A stretch of 64,000 nucleotides of DNA from NCBI RefSeq assembly GCF_057098645.1, contig NZ_CM169472.1, one strand, 5' to 3'. The translations under genes and the position numbers were made by a program. Shown one piece after another: positions 1 to 9,617 of this stretch (the stretch's first letter is position 1; each line of letters begins with the position of its first letter). The notes beneath the pieces are model-generated. The model saw only the letters and a program-made list of their open reading frames with translations, searched no databases and was not told the origin of the DNA.

Positions 1-491
1 TGACGCCAGTCGGCAGGGCTCATGCCCCCATCAAGGGAAAGCCCAATCTTCACATCAATCGGTTTTTCACCTGTACCGTACAGAGTAATTCCACCTGGAG
101 CAGCAGGGACATACACCGTTCCCTGATACTCACCAGGCATCACGGCAATATACTGGCGCTTGTTGGTACGCTTGATAATTGCCGCATCTACCGCCGCCTG
201 AATCGTGGTATGCGTTACACCTTGAGTACCCGCCGGGCCGACAACAAAGTCAGGTTGCGCAGGCAGGGTTATCGGGGACGGATTCCACGCTGCAGCACCT
301 GGTGTCAGGGATGCAAAATAGTGTTGCGCATCGAAATTCTGCGCTTCTTTTGCCGACAGAATCGGGCGAGAAGAGGTACCAGGCGCAGTTTGATCAGAAG
401 GACGTTGATCGGGTGGTGTTGAGCTACAGGCGGTCAGCGTCACGCCAAAAGCCAATGCCAGCGCCAGACGGGAAACTGAAAATGTGTTCAC
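1..491 (-). CDS. ybhC: YbhC lipoprotein (pectinesterase-like), 5' portion; gene continues beyond the left window edge
   Basis: Minus-strand frame open to position 1; GTG start (489-491) gives MNTFSVSRLALALAFGVTLTACSS with a lipobox; sits left of attB-lambda as in E. coli. The + strand ORF 179-523 is antisense to it. Confidence 0.75.
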   Translation of the reverse strand, partial: MNTFSVSRLALALAFGVTLTACSSTPPDQRPSDQTAPGTSSRPILSAKEAQNFDAQHYFASLTPGAAAWNPSPITLPAQPDFVVGPAGTQGVTHTTIQAAVDAAIIKRTNKRQYIAVMPGEYQGTVYVPAAPGGITLYGTGEKPIDVKIGLSLDGGMSPADWR

Positions 492-514
492 AGGTTGCTC
501 CGGGCTATGAAATA

Positions 515-625
515 GAAAAATGAATCCGTTGAAGCCTGCTTTTTTATACTAAGTTGGCATTATAAAAAAGCATTGCTTATCAATTTGTTGCAACGAACAG
601 GTCACTATCAGTCAAAATAAAATCA
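515..625. other. attL: attL (B-O-P'): core 538-552 followed by the lambda P' arm
   Basis: Sequence gcttttttatactaagttggcattataaaaaagcattgcttatcaatttgttgcaacgaacaggtcactatcagtcaaaataaaatcatt matches lambda attP core plus P' arm as I recall it; int follows immediately. Confidence 0.9.
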
Positions 626-1696
626 TTATTTGATTTCAATTTTGTCCCACTCCCTGCCTCTGTCATCACGATACTGTGATGCCATGGTGTCCGACTTATG
701 CCCGAGAAGATGTTGAGCAAACTTATCGCTTATCTGCTTCTCATAGAGTCTTGCAGACAAACTGCGCAACTCGTGAAAGGTAGGCGGATCCCCTTCGAAG
801 GAAAGACCTGATGCTTTTCGTGCGCGCATAAAATACCTTGATACTGTGCCGGATGAAAGCGGTTCACGACGAGTAGATGCAATTATGGTTTCTCCGCCAA
901 GAATCTCTTTGCATTTATCAAGTGTTTCCTTCATTGATATCCCGAGAGCATCAACATGCAATGTTGTAGGGATGGCAATTTTTACGCCTGTTTTGCTTTG
1001 TTCGACATAAAGATATCCATCTACGATATCAGACCACTTCATTTCGCATAAATCACCAACTCGCTGCCCGGTAACAACAGCCAGTTCCATTGCAAGTCTG
1101 AGCCAACATGGTGATGATTCTGCTGCTTGATAAATTTTCAGGTATTCGTCAGCCGTAAGTCTTGATCTCCTTACCTCTGATTTTGCTGCGCGAGTGGCAG
1201 CGACCGGGTTTGTTGTTATATGGCCTTCAGCTATTGCCTCTCGGAATGCATCGCTCAGTGTTGATCTGATTAACTTGGCTGACGCCGCCTTGCCCTCGTC
1301 TATGTATCCATTGAGCATTGCCGCAATTTCTTTTGTGGTGATGTCTTCAAGTGGAGCATCAGGCAGCCCCCTCCTTATTGCTTTAATTTTGCTCATGTAA
1401 TTTATGAGTGTCTTCTGCTTGATTCCTCTGCTGGCGAGGATTTTTTCGTAGCGATCAAGCCATGAATGTAACGTAACAGAATTATCACTGTTGATTCTCG
1501 CTGTCAGAGGCTTGTGTTTGTGTCCTGAAAATAACTCAATATTGGCCTGTATTGCTTCAGTGATTGCTATCCTCCTGTCTCGGCCTAAACCAAACTCTTT
1601 ACCCGTCCTTGGGTCCCTGTAGCAGTAATATCCATTGTTTCTTATATAAAGGTTAGGGGGTAAATCCCGGCGCTCATGACTTCGCCTTCTTCCCAT
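626..1696 (-). CDS. int: Integrase (lambda Int, tyrosine recombinase), 356 aa
   Basis: Track ORF; protein MGRRRSHERRDLPPNLYIRNNGYYCYRDPRTGKEF... matches lambda Int as I recall it; adjacent to attL. Confidence 0.97.
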   Translation of the reverse strand: MGRRRSHERRDLPPNLYIRNNGYYCYRDPRTGKEFGLGRDRRIAITEAIQANIELFSGHKHKPLTARINSDNSVTLHSWLDRYEKILASRGIKQKTLINYMSKIKAIRRGLPDAPLEDITTKEIAAMLNGYIDEGKAASAKLIRSTLSDAFREAIAEGHITTNPVAATRAAKSEVRRSRLTADEYLKIYQAAESSPCWLRLAMELAVVTGQRVGDLCEMKWSDIVDGYLYVEQSKTGVKIAIPTTLHVDALGISMKETLDKCKEILGGETIIASTRREPLSSGTVSRYFMRARKASGLSFEGDPPTFHELRSLSARLYEKQISDKFAQHLLGHKSDTMASQYRDDRGREWDKIEIK

Positions 1697-1892
1697 TTCT
1701 GATCCTCTTCAAAAGGCTACCTGTTACTGGTCGATTTAAGTCAACCTTTACCGCTGATTCGTGGAACAGATACTCTCTTCCATCCTTAACCGGAGGAGGG
1801 AATATCCTGCATTCGCGCACCCATCGACGAACTGTTTCAAGGCTTCTTGGGCGTCGCTGGCGTGCGTTCCACTCCTGAAGTGTCAAGTACAT
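1674..1892 (-). CDS. xis: Excisionase (lambda Xis), 72 aa
   Basis: Track ORF MYLTLQEWNARQRRPRSLETVRRWVRECRIFPPPVKDGREYLFHESAVKVDL...; overlaps the int start as in lambda. Confidence 0.95.
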   Translation of the reverse strand: MYLTLQEWNARQRRPRSLETVRRWVRECRIFPPPVKDGREYLFHESAVKVDLNRPVTGSLLKRIRNGKKAKS

Positions 1893-1916
1893 CGCAAAGT
1901 CTCCGCAATTACACGC

Positions 1917-1940
1917 AAGAAAAAGCCGCCATCAGGCGGC
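1917..1940 (-). terminator. Putative intrinsic terminator (GC hairpin gccgcc-atca-ggcggc plus T-run on the minus strand)
   Basis: Perfect 6-bp GC stem with a 4-nt loop followed by TTTTT on the minus strand, between orf55 and xis. Confidence 0.45.
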
Positions 1941-2099
1941 TTGGTGTTCTTTCAGTTCTTCAATTCGAATATTGGTTATGTCTGCATGTGCTATCTGCGC
2001 CCATATCATCCAGTGGTCATAGCAGTCATTGATGTTCTCTGCTTCGATAACTCTGTTGAATGGTTCTCCATTCCATTCACCTGTGACTCGGAAGTGCAT
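1932..2099 (-). CDS. Small protein, 55 aa (resembles the lambda small ORF next to xis)
   Basis: Manual translation MHFRVTGEWNGEPFNRVIEAENINDCYDHWMIWAQIAHADITNIRIEELKEHQAA; below the track's 60-aa cut-off; same position as a lambda small ORF. Confidence 0.55.
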   Translation of the reverse strand: MHFRVTGEWNGEPFNRVIEAENINDCYDHWMIWAQIAHADITNIRIEELKEHQAA

Positions 2100-2341
2100 T
2101 TATCATCTCCATAAAACAAAACCCGCCGTAGCGAGTTCAGATAAAAGAAATCCTCGTCAGTGCGAGGATGCTGTTCATTGCTGCTATACACTTTTTTGCT
2201 CTCAACGTAAGCGGTAGCTCATTCTGTTGGGTTGGTGCAGTTGCTTTTAGGAAATGCTATTTACCCCTTAAACGTCGGCTGAAAGAGCTAAAATCCATGC
2301 AAAAAATTTACGCAATTTTGTGTATTATTGTGCAGTAAGTA

Positions 2342-2944
2342 ATGAGCTATTTTCTGCGCAAAAAATGGATGGTAAATTTGTCCGGGGCAGGAAAAATTTT
2401 ATGGGCGCTAAACATGAAAAAAGATTCGTATCCTTATTTGATTTGCATGACAGTTTCAGGCCTGATCTTTATTTTCCTTTTCTTCTGGTGGCGGGCAGAT
2501 ATTTACAGGGTCACGTTTCTTAATCAGAGTATATCCCACTATTACATTCTGTTTAGCATGGGAATAGCTTTTCTGTTATCTCTGTTTTGGGTTAAGAAGG
2601 GGATAGTAAAACAAAGCGGCTGGAAGAGTCTGTCAGCATACCTTAAGGTTTATGCAGGGATGTGCATATTTGCTGGATTTTTTCTGATTATACCCCTTAC
2701 AACACTAACTTATTTTTTGCCTGGAGAGACATCGTCTTATGTTGCACCGTATCGGTATACTTCCGGTAGTTCAAAAAGTTGTTCTGGAGCTGAGGTGGAT
2801 GACCCCGATCTACATGAGAATATTCGCATTTGCTATCCGTATGGCAATTATGAGTACGATAATATTATCTATGTTGAAAAGAAAATTAATACATTAGGTG
2901 CGGTAGTAACATATGCACAGACCGCGCGTGATGATACTGAATGA
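2342..2944 (+). CDS. Hypothetical integral membrane protein (moron, opposite to the early-left operon); start uncertain (2342 or 2414)
   Basis: Track ORF with 3-4 hydrophobic segments (LICMTVSGLIFIFLFFWW, ILFSMGIAFLLSLFWV, MCIFAGFFLIIPLTTLTYFL); AT-rich; AT-rich upstream region; hairpin downstream. Confidence 0.6.
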   Translation: MSYFLRKKWMVNLSGAGKILWALNMKKDSYPYLICMTVSGLIFIFLFFWWRADIYRVTFLNQSISHYYILFSMGIAFLLSLFWVKKGIVKQSGWKSLSAYLKVYAGMCIFAGFFLIIPLTTLTYFLPGETSSYVAPYRYTSGSSKSCSGAEVDDPDLHENIRICYPYGNYEYDNIIYVEKKINTLGAVVTYAQTARDDTE

Positions 2945-2979
2945 GATAGTATATAGCGGGCAAGTTTTAGTTAATTTAT

Positions 2980-3005
2980 CGAGGTAATATAATTTACCTC
3001 GACTC
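2980..3005 (+). terminator. Putative terminator hairpin (cgaggtaa-loop-ttacctcg) after the membrane-protein moron
   Basis: 8-bp inverted repeat followed by a T-rich tract. Confidence 0.35.
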
Positions 3006-3154
3006 GTTTATTCTGGTATTAATATTTCGCTTTACGATCGATTTTTATCTGATGATATCATGCGGTTTTCATATACTGACTTACTGTCTTTTCTCCGTTA
3101 GCGATTTTCTCCTGCTCAGCGATGATTTTATCTTTGGCTTCTAGTTAATTTCGC

Positions 3155-3376
3155 TCACTTCGAACCTCTCTGTTTACTGATAAGTTCCAGATCCTCCTGG
3201 CAACTTGCACAAGTCCGACAACCCTGAACGGCCAGGCGTCTTCGCTCATCTATGGGATCGCCACACTCACAACAATGAGTGGCAGATATAGCCTGGTGGT
3301 TCAGGCGGCGCATTTTTATTGCTGTGTTGCGCTGTAATTCTTCAATTTCTGATGCTGAATCAATGATGTCTGCCAT
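3155..3376 (-). CDS. DksA/TraR-family C4 zinc-finger protein, 73 aa
   Basis: Track ORF with CxxC...CxxC (CCECGDPIDERRRLAVQGCRTCASC), typical of phage TraR/DksA-like proteins. Confidence 0.75.
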   Translation of the reverse strand: MADIIDSASEIEELQRNTAIKMRRLNHQAISATHCCECGDPIDERRRLAVQGCRTCASCQEDLELISKQRGSK

Positions 3377-3474
3377 CTTCCATTAATCCCTGAATTGTTG
3401 GTTAATACGCTTGAGGGTGAATGCGAACAATAAAAAAGGAGCCTGTAGCTCCCTGATGATTTTGCTTTTCATGC

Positions 3475-3690
3475 TCACCGTTCCTTAAAGACGCCGTTTA
3501 ACATGCCGATCGCCAGGCTTAAATGAGTCGGTGTGAATCCCATCAGCGTTACCGTTTCGCGGTGCTTCTTCAGTACGCTACGGCAAATGTCATCGACGTT
3601 TTTATCCGGAAACTGCTGTCTGGCTTTTTTGATTTCAGAATTAGCCTGACGGGCAATACTGCGAAGGGCGTTTTCTTGCTGAGGTGTCAT
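3475..3690 (-). CDS. Hypothetical early-left protein (~71 aa; probable start MTPQQENALRS...)
   Basis: Track ORF 3475-3756 trimmed to an internal Met; same strand and operon as exo/bet. Confidence 0.5.
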   Translation of the reverse strand: MTPQQENALRSIARQANSEIKKARQQFPDKNVDDICRSVLKKHRETVTLMGFTPTHLSLAIGMLNGVFKER

Positions 3691-3766
3691 TGAACAAGTC
3701 CCATGTCGGCAAGCATAAGCACACAGAATATGAAGCCCGCTGCCAGAAAAATGCATTCAGTGGTTG

Positions 3767-3958
3767 TCATACCAGGTCTCTCTCATCTGCTTCTGCTTTC
3801 GCCACCATCATTTCCAGCTTTTGCGAAAGGGATGTGGCTAACGTATGAAATTCTTCGTCTGTTTCTACTGGTATTGGCACAAACCTGACTCCAATTTGAG
3901 CAAGGCTATGTGCCATCTCAATACTCGTTCTTAACTCAACAGGAGATGCTTTGTGCAT
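3767..3958 (-). CDS. Hypothetical early-left protein, 63 aa
   Basis: Track [40 protein letters not shown]...; colinear with the lambda small ORFs upstream of exo. Confidence 0.5.
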   Translation of the reverse strand: MHKASPVELRTSIEMAHSLAQIGVRFVPIPVETDEEFHTLATSLSQKLEMMVAKAEADERDLV

Positions 3959-4119
3959 ATCGCCTCCCGTTTATTATTTATCTCCTCAGCCAGCCGCTGG
4001 GCTTTCAGCGGATTTCGGATAACAGAAAGGCCGGGAAATACCCAGCCTCGCTTCGTAACGGAGTAGACGAAAGTGATCGTGCCTACGCGGATATTATCGT
4101 GAGGATGCTTCATCGCCAT
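3931..4119 (-). CDS. Hypothetical early-left protein, 62 aa
   Basis: Track [34 protein letters not shown]...; ends right next to the exo start. Confidence 0.5.
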   Translation of the reverse strand: MAMKHPHDNIRVGTITFVYSVTKRGWVFPGLSVIRNPLKAQRLAEEINNKREAICTKHLLLS

Positions 4120-4790
4120 TGCTCCCCAAATACAAAACCAATTTCAGCCAGTGCCTCGTCCATTTTTTCGATGAACTCCGGCACCATCTCGTCAAAACCC
4201 GCCATGTACTTTTCATCCCGCTCAACCACGACATAATGCAGGCCTTCACGCTTCATACGCGGGTCATAGTTGGCAAAGTACCAGGCATCTTTTCGCGTCA
4301 CCCACATGCTGTACTGCACCTGGGCCATGTAAGCCGACTTTATGGCCTCGAAACCACCGAGCCTGAACTTCATGAAATCCCGGGAGGTAAACGGGCATTT
4401 CAGCTCAAGGCCGTTGCCGTCACTGCATAAACCATCGGGAGAGCAGGCGGTGCGCATACTTTCGTCGCGATAGATGATCGGGGATTCAGTAACATTCACG
4501 CCGGAAGTGAATTCAAACAGGGTTCTGGCGTCGTTCTCGTACTGTTTTCCCCAGGCCAGCGCCTTAGCATTAACTTCCGGAGCCACACCGGTGCAAACCT
4601 CAGCCAGCAGGGTGTGGAAGTAGGACATTTTCATGTCAGGCCACTTCTTTCCTGAGCGGGGCTTTGCTATCACGTTGTGAACTTCTGAAGCGGTGATGAC
4701 GCCGAGCCGTAATTTGTGCCATGCATCATCCCCCTGTTCGACAGCTCTCACGTCGATCCCGGTACGCTGCAGGATAATGTCCGGTGTCAT
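4110..4790 (-). CDS. exo: Lambda exonuclease (Red-alpha), 226 aa
   Basis: Track [68 protein letters not shown]... matches lambda Exo as I recall it. Confidence 0.97.
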   Translation of the reverse strand: MTPDIILQRTGIDVRAVEQGDDAWHKLRLGVITASEVHNVIAKPRSGKKWPDMKMSYFHTLLAEVCTGVAPEVNAKALAWGKQYENDARTLFEFTSGVNVTESPIIYRDESMRTACSPDGLCSDGNGLELKCPFTSRDFMKFRLGGFEAIKSAYMAQVQYSMWVTRKDAWYFANYDPRMKREGLHYVVVERDEKYMAGFDEMVPEFIEKMDEALAEIGFVFGEQWR

Positions 4791-5572
4791 GCTGCCACCT
4801 TCTGCTCAGTGGCTTTCTGTTTCAGGAATCCAAGAGCTTTCACTGCTTCGGCCTGTGTCAGTTCTGACGATGCGCGAATGTCGCGGCGAAATATCTGGGA
4901 ACAGAGCGGCAATAAGTCGTCATCCCATGTTTTATCCAGGGCGATTAGCAGAGTGTTAATCTCCTGCATGGTTTCATCGTTAACCGGAGTGATGTCGCGT
5001 TCCGGCTGGCGTTCTGCAGTGTATGCAGTATTTTCGACAATGCGCTCGGCTTCATCCTTGTCATAGATACCAGCAAATCCGAAGGCCAGACGGGCACACT
5101 GAATCATGGCTTTATGCCGTAACATCCGTTTAGGATGCGACTGCCACGGCCCCGTGATTTCTCTGCCTTCGCGGGTTTTGAATGGTTCGCGGCGGCATTC
5201 ATCCATCCATTCGGTAACGCAGATCGGATGATTACGGTCCTTGCGGTAAATCCGGCATGTACAGGATTCATTGTCCTGCTCAAAGTCCATGCCATCAAAC
5301 TGCTGGTTTTCATTGATGATGCGGGACCAGCCATCAACGCCCACCACCGGAACGATGCCGTTCTGCTTATCAGGGAAGGCGTAAATTTCTTTCGTCCACG
5401 GATTAAGGCCGTACTGGTTGGCGACGATCAACAATGCGATGAACTGCGCATCGCTGGCATCGCCTTTAAATGCCGTCTGGCGAAGAGTGGTGATCAGTTC
5501 CTGTGGGTCGACAGAATCCATGCCGACACGTTCAGCCAGCTTCCCTGCCAGCGTTGCGAGTGCTGTACTCAT
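4787..5572 (-). CDS. bet: Lambda Bet (Red-beta single-strand annealing protein), 261 aa
   Basis: Track [69 protein letters not shown]... matches lambda Bet. Confidence 0.97.
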   Translation of the reverse strand: MSTALATLAGKLAERVGMDSVDPQELITTLRQTAFKGDASDAQFIALLIVANQYGLNPWTKEIYAFPDKQNGIVPVVGVDGWSRIINENQQFDGMDFEQDNESCTCRIYRKDRNHPICVTEWMDECRREPFKTREGREITGPWQSHPKRMLRHKAMIQCARLAFGFAGIYDKDEAERIVENTAYTAERQPERDITPVNDETMQEINTLLIALDKTWDDDLLPLCSQIFRRDIRASSELTQAEAVKALGFLKQKATEQKVAA

Positions 5573-5577
5573 CCGTT

Positions 5578-5994
5578 TTATACCTCTGAATCAATATCAA
5601 CCTGATGGTGAGCAATGGTTTCAACCATGTACCGGATGTGTTCTGCCATGCGCTCCTGAAACTCAACATCGTCATCAAACGCACGGGTAATGGCTTTTTT
5701 GCTGGCCCCGTGGCGTTGCAAATGACCGATGCATAGCGATTCAAACAGGTGCTGGGGCAGGCCTTTTTCCATGTCGTCTGCCAGTTCTGCCTCTTTCTCT
5801 TCACGGGCTATCTGCTGGTAGTGACGCGCCCAGCTCTGAGCCTCAAGACGATCCTGAATGTAATAAGCGTTCATGGCCGAACTCCTGAAATAGCTGTGAA
5901 AATATCGCCCGCGAAATGCCGGGCTGATTAGGAAAACAGGAAAGGGGGTTAGTGAATGCTTTTGCTTGATCTCAGTTTCAGTATTAATATCCAT
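5578..5994 (-). CDS. gam: Lambda Gam (RecBCD inhibitor), 138 aa long form
   Basis: Track [64 protein letters not shown]... matches lambda Gam. Confidence 0.95.
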   Translation of the reverse strand: MDINTETEIKQKHSLTPFPVFLISPAFRGRYFHSYFRSSAMNAYYIQDRLEAQSWARHYQQIAREEKEAELADDMEKGLPQHLFESLCIGHLQRHGASKKAITRAFDDDVEFQERMAEHIRYMVETIAHHQVDIDSEV

Positions 5995-6092
5995 TTTTTA
6001 TAAGCGTCGACGGCCTCACGAAACATCTTTTCATCGCCAATAAAAGTGGCGATAGTGAATTTAGTCTGGATAGCCATAATTGTTTGATCCAT
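5949..6092 (-). CDS. kil: Kil (host-killing, FtsZ inhibitor), 47 aa
   Basis: C-terminal 47 codons of track ORF 5949-6218: [47 protein letters not shown], matching lambda Kil. Confidence 0.85.
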   Translation of the reverse strand: MDQTIMAIQTKFTIATFIGDEKMFREAVDAYKKWILILKLRSSKSIH

Positions 6093-6225
6093 TTTTTGGG
6101 ACTCCTGGCTGATTAAGTATGTCGATAAGGCGTTTCCATCCGTCACGTAATTTACGGGTGATTCGTTCAAGTAAAGATTCGGAAGGGCAGCCAGCAACAG
6201 GCCACCCTGCAATGGCATATTGCAT
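6061..6225 (-). CDS. cIII: CIII (FtsH inhibitor that stabilises CII), 54 aa
   Basis: Manual translation [54 protein letters not shown]; overlaps kil in another frame as in lambda. Confidence 0.85.
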   Translation of the reverse strand: MQYAIAGWPVAGCPSESLLERITRKLRDGWKRLIDILNQPGVPKNGSNNYGYPD

Positions 6226-6297
6226 GGTGTGCTCCTTATTTATACATAACGAAAAACGCCTCGAGTGAAGCGTAATTGGTATGCGGTAACGCCGCGC

Positions 6298-6666
6298 TCA
6301 GGCGGCCTTGATAGTCATATCATCTGAATCAAATATTTCTGATGTATCGATATCGGTAATTCTTATTCCTTCACTACCATCCATTGGAGGCCATCCTTCC
6401 TGACCATTTCCATCATTCCAGTCGAACTCACACACAACACCATATGCATTTAAGTCGCTTGAAATTGCTATAAGCAGAGCATGTTGCGCCAGCATGATTA
6501 ATACAGCATTTAATACAGAGCCGTGTTTATTGAGTCGGTATTCAGAGTCTGACCAGAAATTATTAATCTGGTGAAGTTTTTCCTCTGTCATTACGTCATG
6601 GTCGATTTCAATTTCTATTGATGCTTTCCAGTCGTAATCAATGATGTATTTTTTGATGTTTGACAT
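6298..6666 (-). CDS. ea10: Ea10-like protein, 122 aa
   Basis: Track ORF MSNIKKYIIDYDWKASIEIEIDHDVMTEEKLHQINNFWSDSEYRLNKHGS...; lambda ea10 position and size. Confidence 0.8.
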   Translation of the reverse strand: MSNIKKYIIDYDWKASIEIEIDHDVMTEEKLHQINNFWSDSEYRLNKHGSVLNAVLIMLAQHALLIAISSDLNAYGVVCEFDWNDGNGQEGWPPMDGSEGIRITDIDTSEIFDSDDMTIKAA

Positions 6667-6854
6667 CTGTTCATATCCTCACAGATAAAAAATCGCCCTC
6701 ATCTTGGAGGGCAAAGAAGATTTCCAATAATCAGAACAAGTCGGCTCCTGTTTAGTTACGAGCGACATTGCTCCGTGTATTCACTCGTTGGAATGAATAC
6801 ACAGCGCTGTGTTTATTCTGTTGTTTGCGTGAAAATGAAATCCGCCTGAGCGGG

Positions 6855-7736
6855 TTATGACCACTTTTTGTTTGGGTTTCGTTGGTGAGCGTGGTTTACA
6901 GGATTATTTGATATACCCCATAACTCTGACTCGCTTATCTCTACACGAGAGAAAGACCTGCTTTCTTTCAGTTCTTTTATAAACCTAGAACCTAAGATGA
7001 CATCTATTGTACCAGAAAGTTCTTGTAAAAGATCTTTGTTTTTTCTGAGGAAGAAAATATCTTCTTTATATTTAATTTTTACATAGAATTTATTCTGTAT
7101 TTTTAATATATCAAAGCATGGCAGATATCTATATCCCTCATATTTTCGCCACTGCTTAACAATTATAACATCTTTTTCATTTACTGCATTAATCAGCCCA
7201 AGACCAAGTACAGGTATGAATATTCTATTGTCTGCCGAAAGCGTACAATTATCACCACCAGGCAAATATGTATAAATCATGTCGGAATTTTTATACGCAT
7301 CAACGAATGCACGTAAGAAGCGTACATATTTTTGCCATCCGTTTATACCGAATTTACCATATAAGTATTCTTTATTTGTTAGAAGAAAACTATTTGTATC
7401 AGGATCCTTATCTACAGACCTGTCGATAAGATCTCCAACTACGTTTACAAAGTCAAAGACAGAGTTTAATAAGAACAATTGTCTTTCAGTAGGGCGAATT
7501 TCAATTATGTAGCCAGGATGAAGACGATATTGCATCTGCTTACGAAGTATACCGAACGCTTGGGTCCGAGCATCTGAAAGCAACTTCTTGTCGCCATCGC
7601 CGTGAGCATTGTTTCTAATAAAACTGATATAATTTGCTAATTTTTCAGCCTCTTTTTTGTGTTTTTTTCGCTCTGATGCTGAGTCTATTGGTTTTGGTAT
7701 GGACTTGTAATCAATCTTCTTCATTACGTACCTCAT
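6855..7736 (-). CDS. Uncharacterised 293-aa protein at the N-ea10 (ral/sieB) position; candidate defence or anti-defence moron
   Basis: Track ORF; start overlaps the N stop (ATGA); a second in-frame Met (MKKIDYK) has a GAGG Shine-Dalgarno; strongly AT-rich; no motif I can recognise. Confidence 0.8.
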   Translation of the reverse strand: MRYVMKKIDYKSIPKPIDSASERKKHKKEAEKLANYISFIRNNAHGDGDKKLLSDARTQAFGILRKQMQYRLHPGYIIEIRPTERQLFLLNSVFDFVNVVGDLIDRSVDKDPDTNSFLLTNKEYLYGKFGINGWQKYVRFLRAFVDAYKNSDMIYTYLPGGDNCTLSADNRIFIPVLGLGLINAVNEKDVIIVKQWRKYEGYRYLPCFDILKIQNKFYVKIKYKEDIFFLRKNKDLLQELSGTIDVILGSRFIKELKESRSFSRVEISESELWGISNNPVNHAHQRNPNKKWS

Positions 7737-8056
7737 GCCAATGGAATGGATTCCCCTTTAACCTTTTGTCTTCCTTGACAAGTTATACCGAACTCACCTG
7801 GCTTGCTATACCAAACTCGATGATTCTTGCGCTCAATACGTTGCAGGTTGCTTTCAATCTGTTCGTGGTATTCAGCCAGCACCGTAAGGTCTATCGGATT
7901 CAGTGCGCTTTCTACTCGTGATTTCGGTTTGCGATTCAGCGAGAGAATAGGGCGGTTAACTGGTTTAGCGCTTACCCCAACCAACAGGGGATTTGCTGCT
8001 TTCCATTGAGCCTGTTTCTCTGCGCGACGTTCGCGGCGGCGTGTTTGTGCATCCAT
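7733..8056 (-). CDS. N: Antiterminator N, 107 aa
   Basis: Track ORF 7733-8188 trimmed to MDAQTRRRERRAEKQAQWKAANPLLVGVSAKPVNRPILSLNRKPKSRVESALNPIDLTVLAEYH..., matching lambda N; the longer frame would overlap nutL. Confidence 0.93.
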   Translation of the reverse strand: MDAQTRRRERRAEKQAQWKAANPLLVGVSAKPVNRPILSLNRKPKSRVESALNPIDLTVLAEYHEQIESNLQRIERKNHRVWYSKPGEFGITCQGRQKVKGESIPLA

Positions 8057-8213
8057 CTGGATTCTCCTGTCAGTTAGCTTTGGTTGTGTGTGGGAGTCGT
8101 AGTCCTGAACGAAAACACCCCGCAATGGCACATTGGCAGCTAATCCGGATTCGCACTTCCGGCCAATGCTTCGTTTCGTATCACACACACCAAAGCCTTC
8201 TGCTTTGAATGCT

Positions 8214-8243
8214 GCCCTTCTTCAGGGCTTAATTTTTAAGAGC
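8214..8243 (-). promoter_or_regulatory. nutL: nutL (boxB GCCCTGAAGAAGGGC plus boxA-like GGCTCTTAA)
   Basis: Reverse complement of 8214-8228 is the lambda nutL boxB; boxA-like element lies just upstream on the minus strand. Confidence 0.8.
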
Positions 8244-8289
8244 CTCACCTTCAATGGTGGTCAGTGCGTCCTGCTGATGGCTTAAAATT

Positions 8290-8358
8290 ACAAGGAAGAT
8301 TGTATGTTGTAAACAAGAAATATTGTAAAAAAGGGACGTGAAAAACAAACTCCATTGT
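8290..8358 (-). promoter_or_regulatory. oL/pL region with three 434-type operators (ACAA-N6-TTGT)
   Basis: ACAAGGAAGATTGT (8290-8303), ACAAGAAATATTGT (8313-8326), ACAAACTCCATTGT (8345-8358) fit the phage-434 14-bp operator consensus. Confidence 0.65.
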
Positions 8359-8408
8359 TTTTAAACGGAAAATAGTTTGTTTTTTTGTTATCGAGATTGA
8401 GGTGGGGA

Positions 8409-9454
<1,046 letters not shown>

Positions 9455-9473
9455 TTATTTACCCCCAATCTTC

Positions 9474-9532
9474 ACAAGAAAAACTGTATTTGACAAACAA
9501 GATACATTGTATGAAAATACAAGAAAGTTTGT
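9474..9532. promoter_or_regulatory. oR with three 434-type operators, carrying the divergent pRM/pR promoters
   Basis: ACAAGAAAAACTGT (9474-9487), ACAAGATACATTGT (9497-9510), ACAAGAAAGTTTGT (9519-9532), matching 434 OR3, OR2, OR1. Confidence 0.85.
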
Positions 9533-9545
9533 TGATGGAGGCGAT

Positions 9546-9578
9546 ATGCAAACTCTTTCTGAACGCCTCAAGAAGTGA
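9546..9578 (+). pseudogene. cro: cro (434-type) truncated after about 10 codons by IS629
   Basis: ATG CAA ACT CTT TCT GAA CGC CTC AAG AAG = MQTLSERLKK, then the IS629 terminal repeat begins at 9576 and supplies a stop. Confidence 0.85.
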
Positions 9579-9617
9579 ACCGCCCCGGGTTTCCTGGAGA
9601 GTATTTTATCTGTGAAC

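Noticed and set aside
179-523. 114-aa + strand ORF at the left edge
   Set aside because: It is antisense to the ybhC 5' region, and the minus-strand frame gives a convincing YbhC lipoprotein N-terminus; the + strand protein has non-protein-like composition.
5949-6218. Single 89-aa ORF spanning kil
   Set aside because: kil matches only the C-terminal 47 codons; the N-terminal extension overlaps cIII, which is encoded in another frame (6061-6225).
7733-8188. 151-aa extended N ORF
   Set aside because: Lambda N is 107 aa starting MDAQTRRR; the extension would run through nutL and toward pL/oL.
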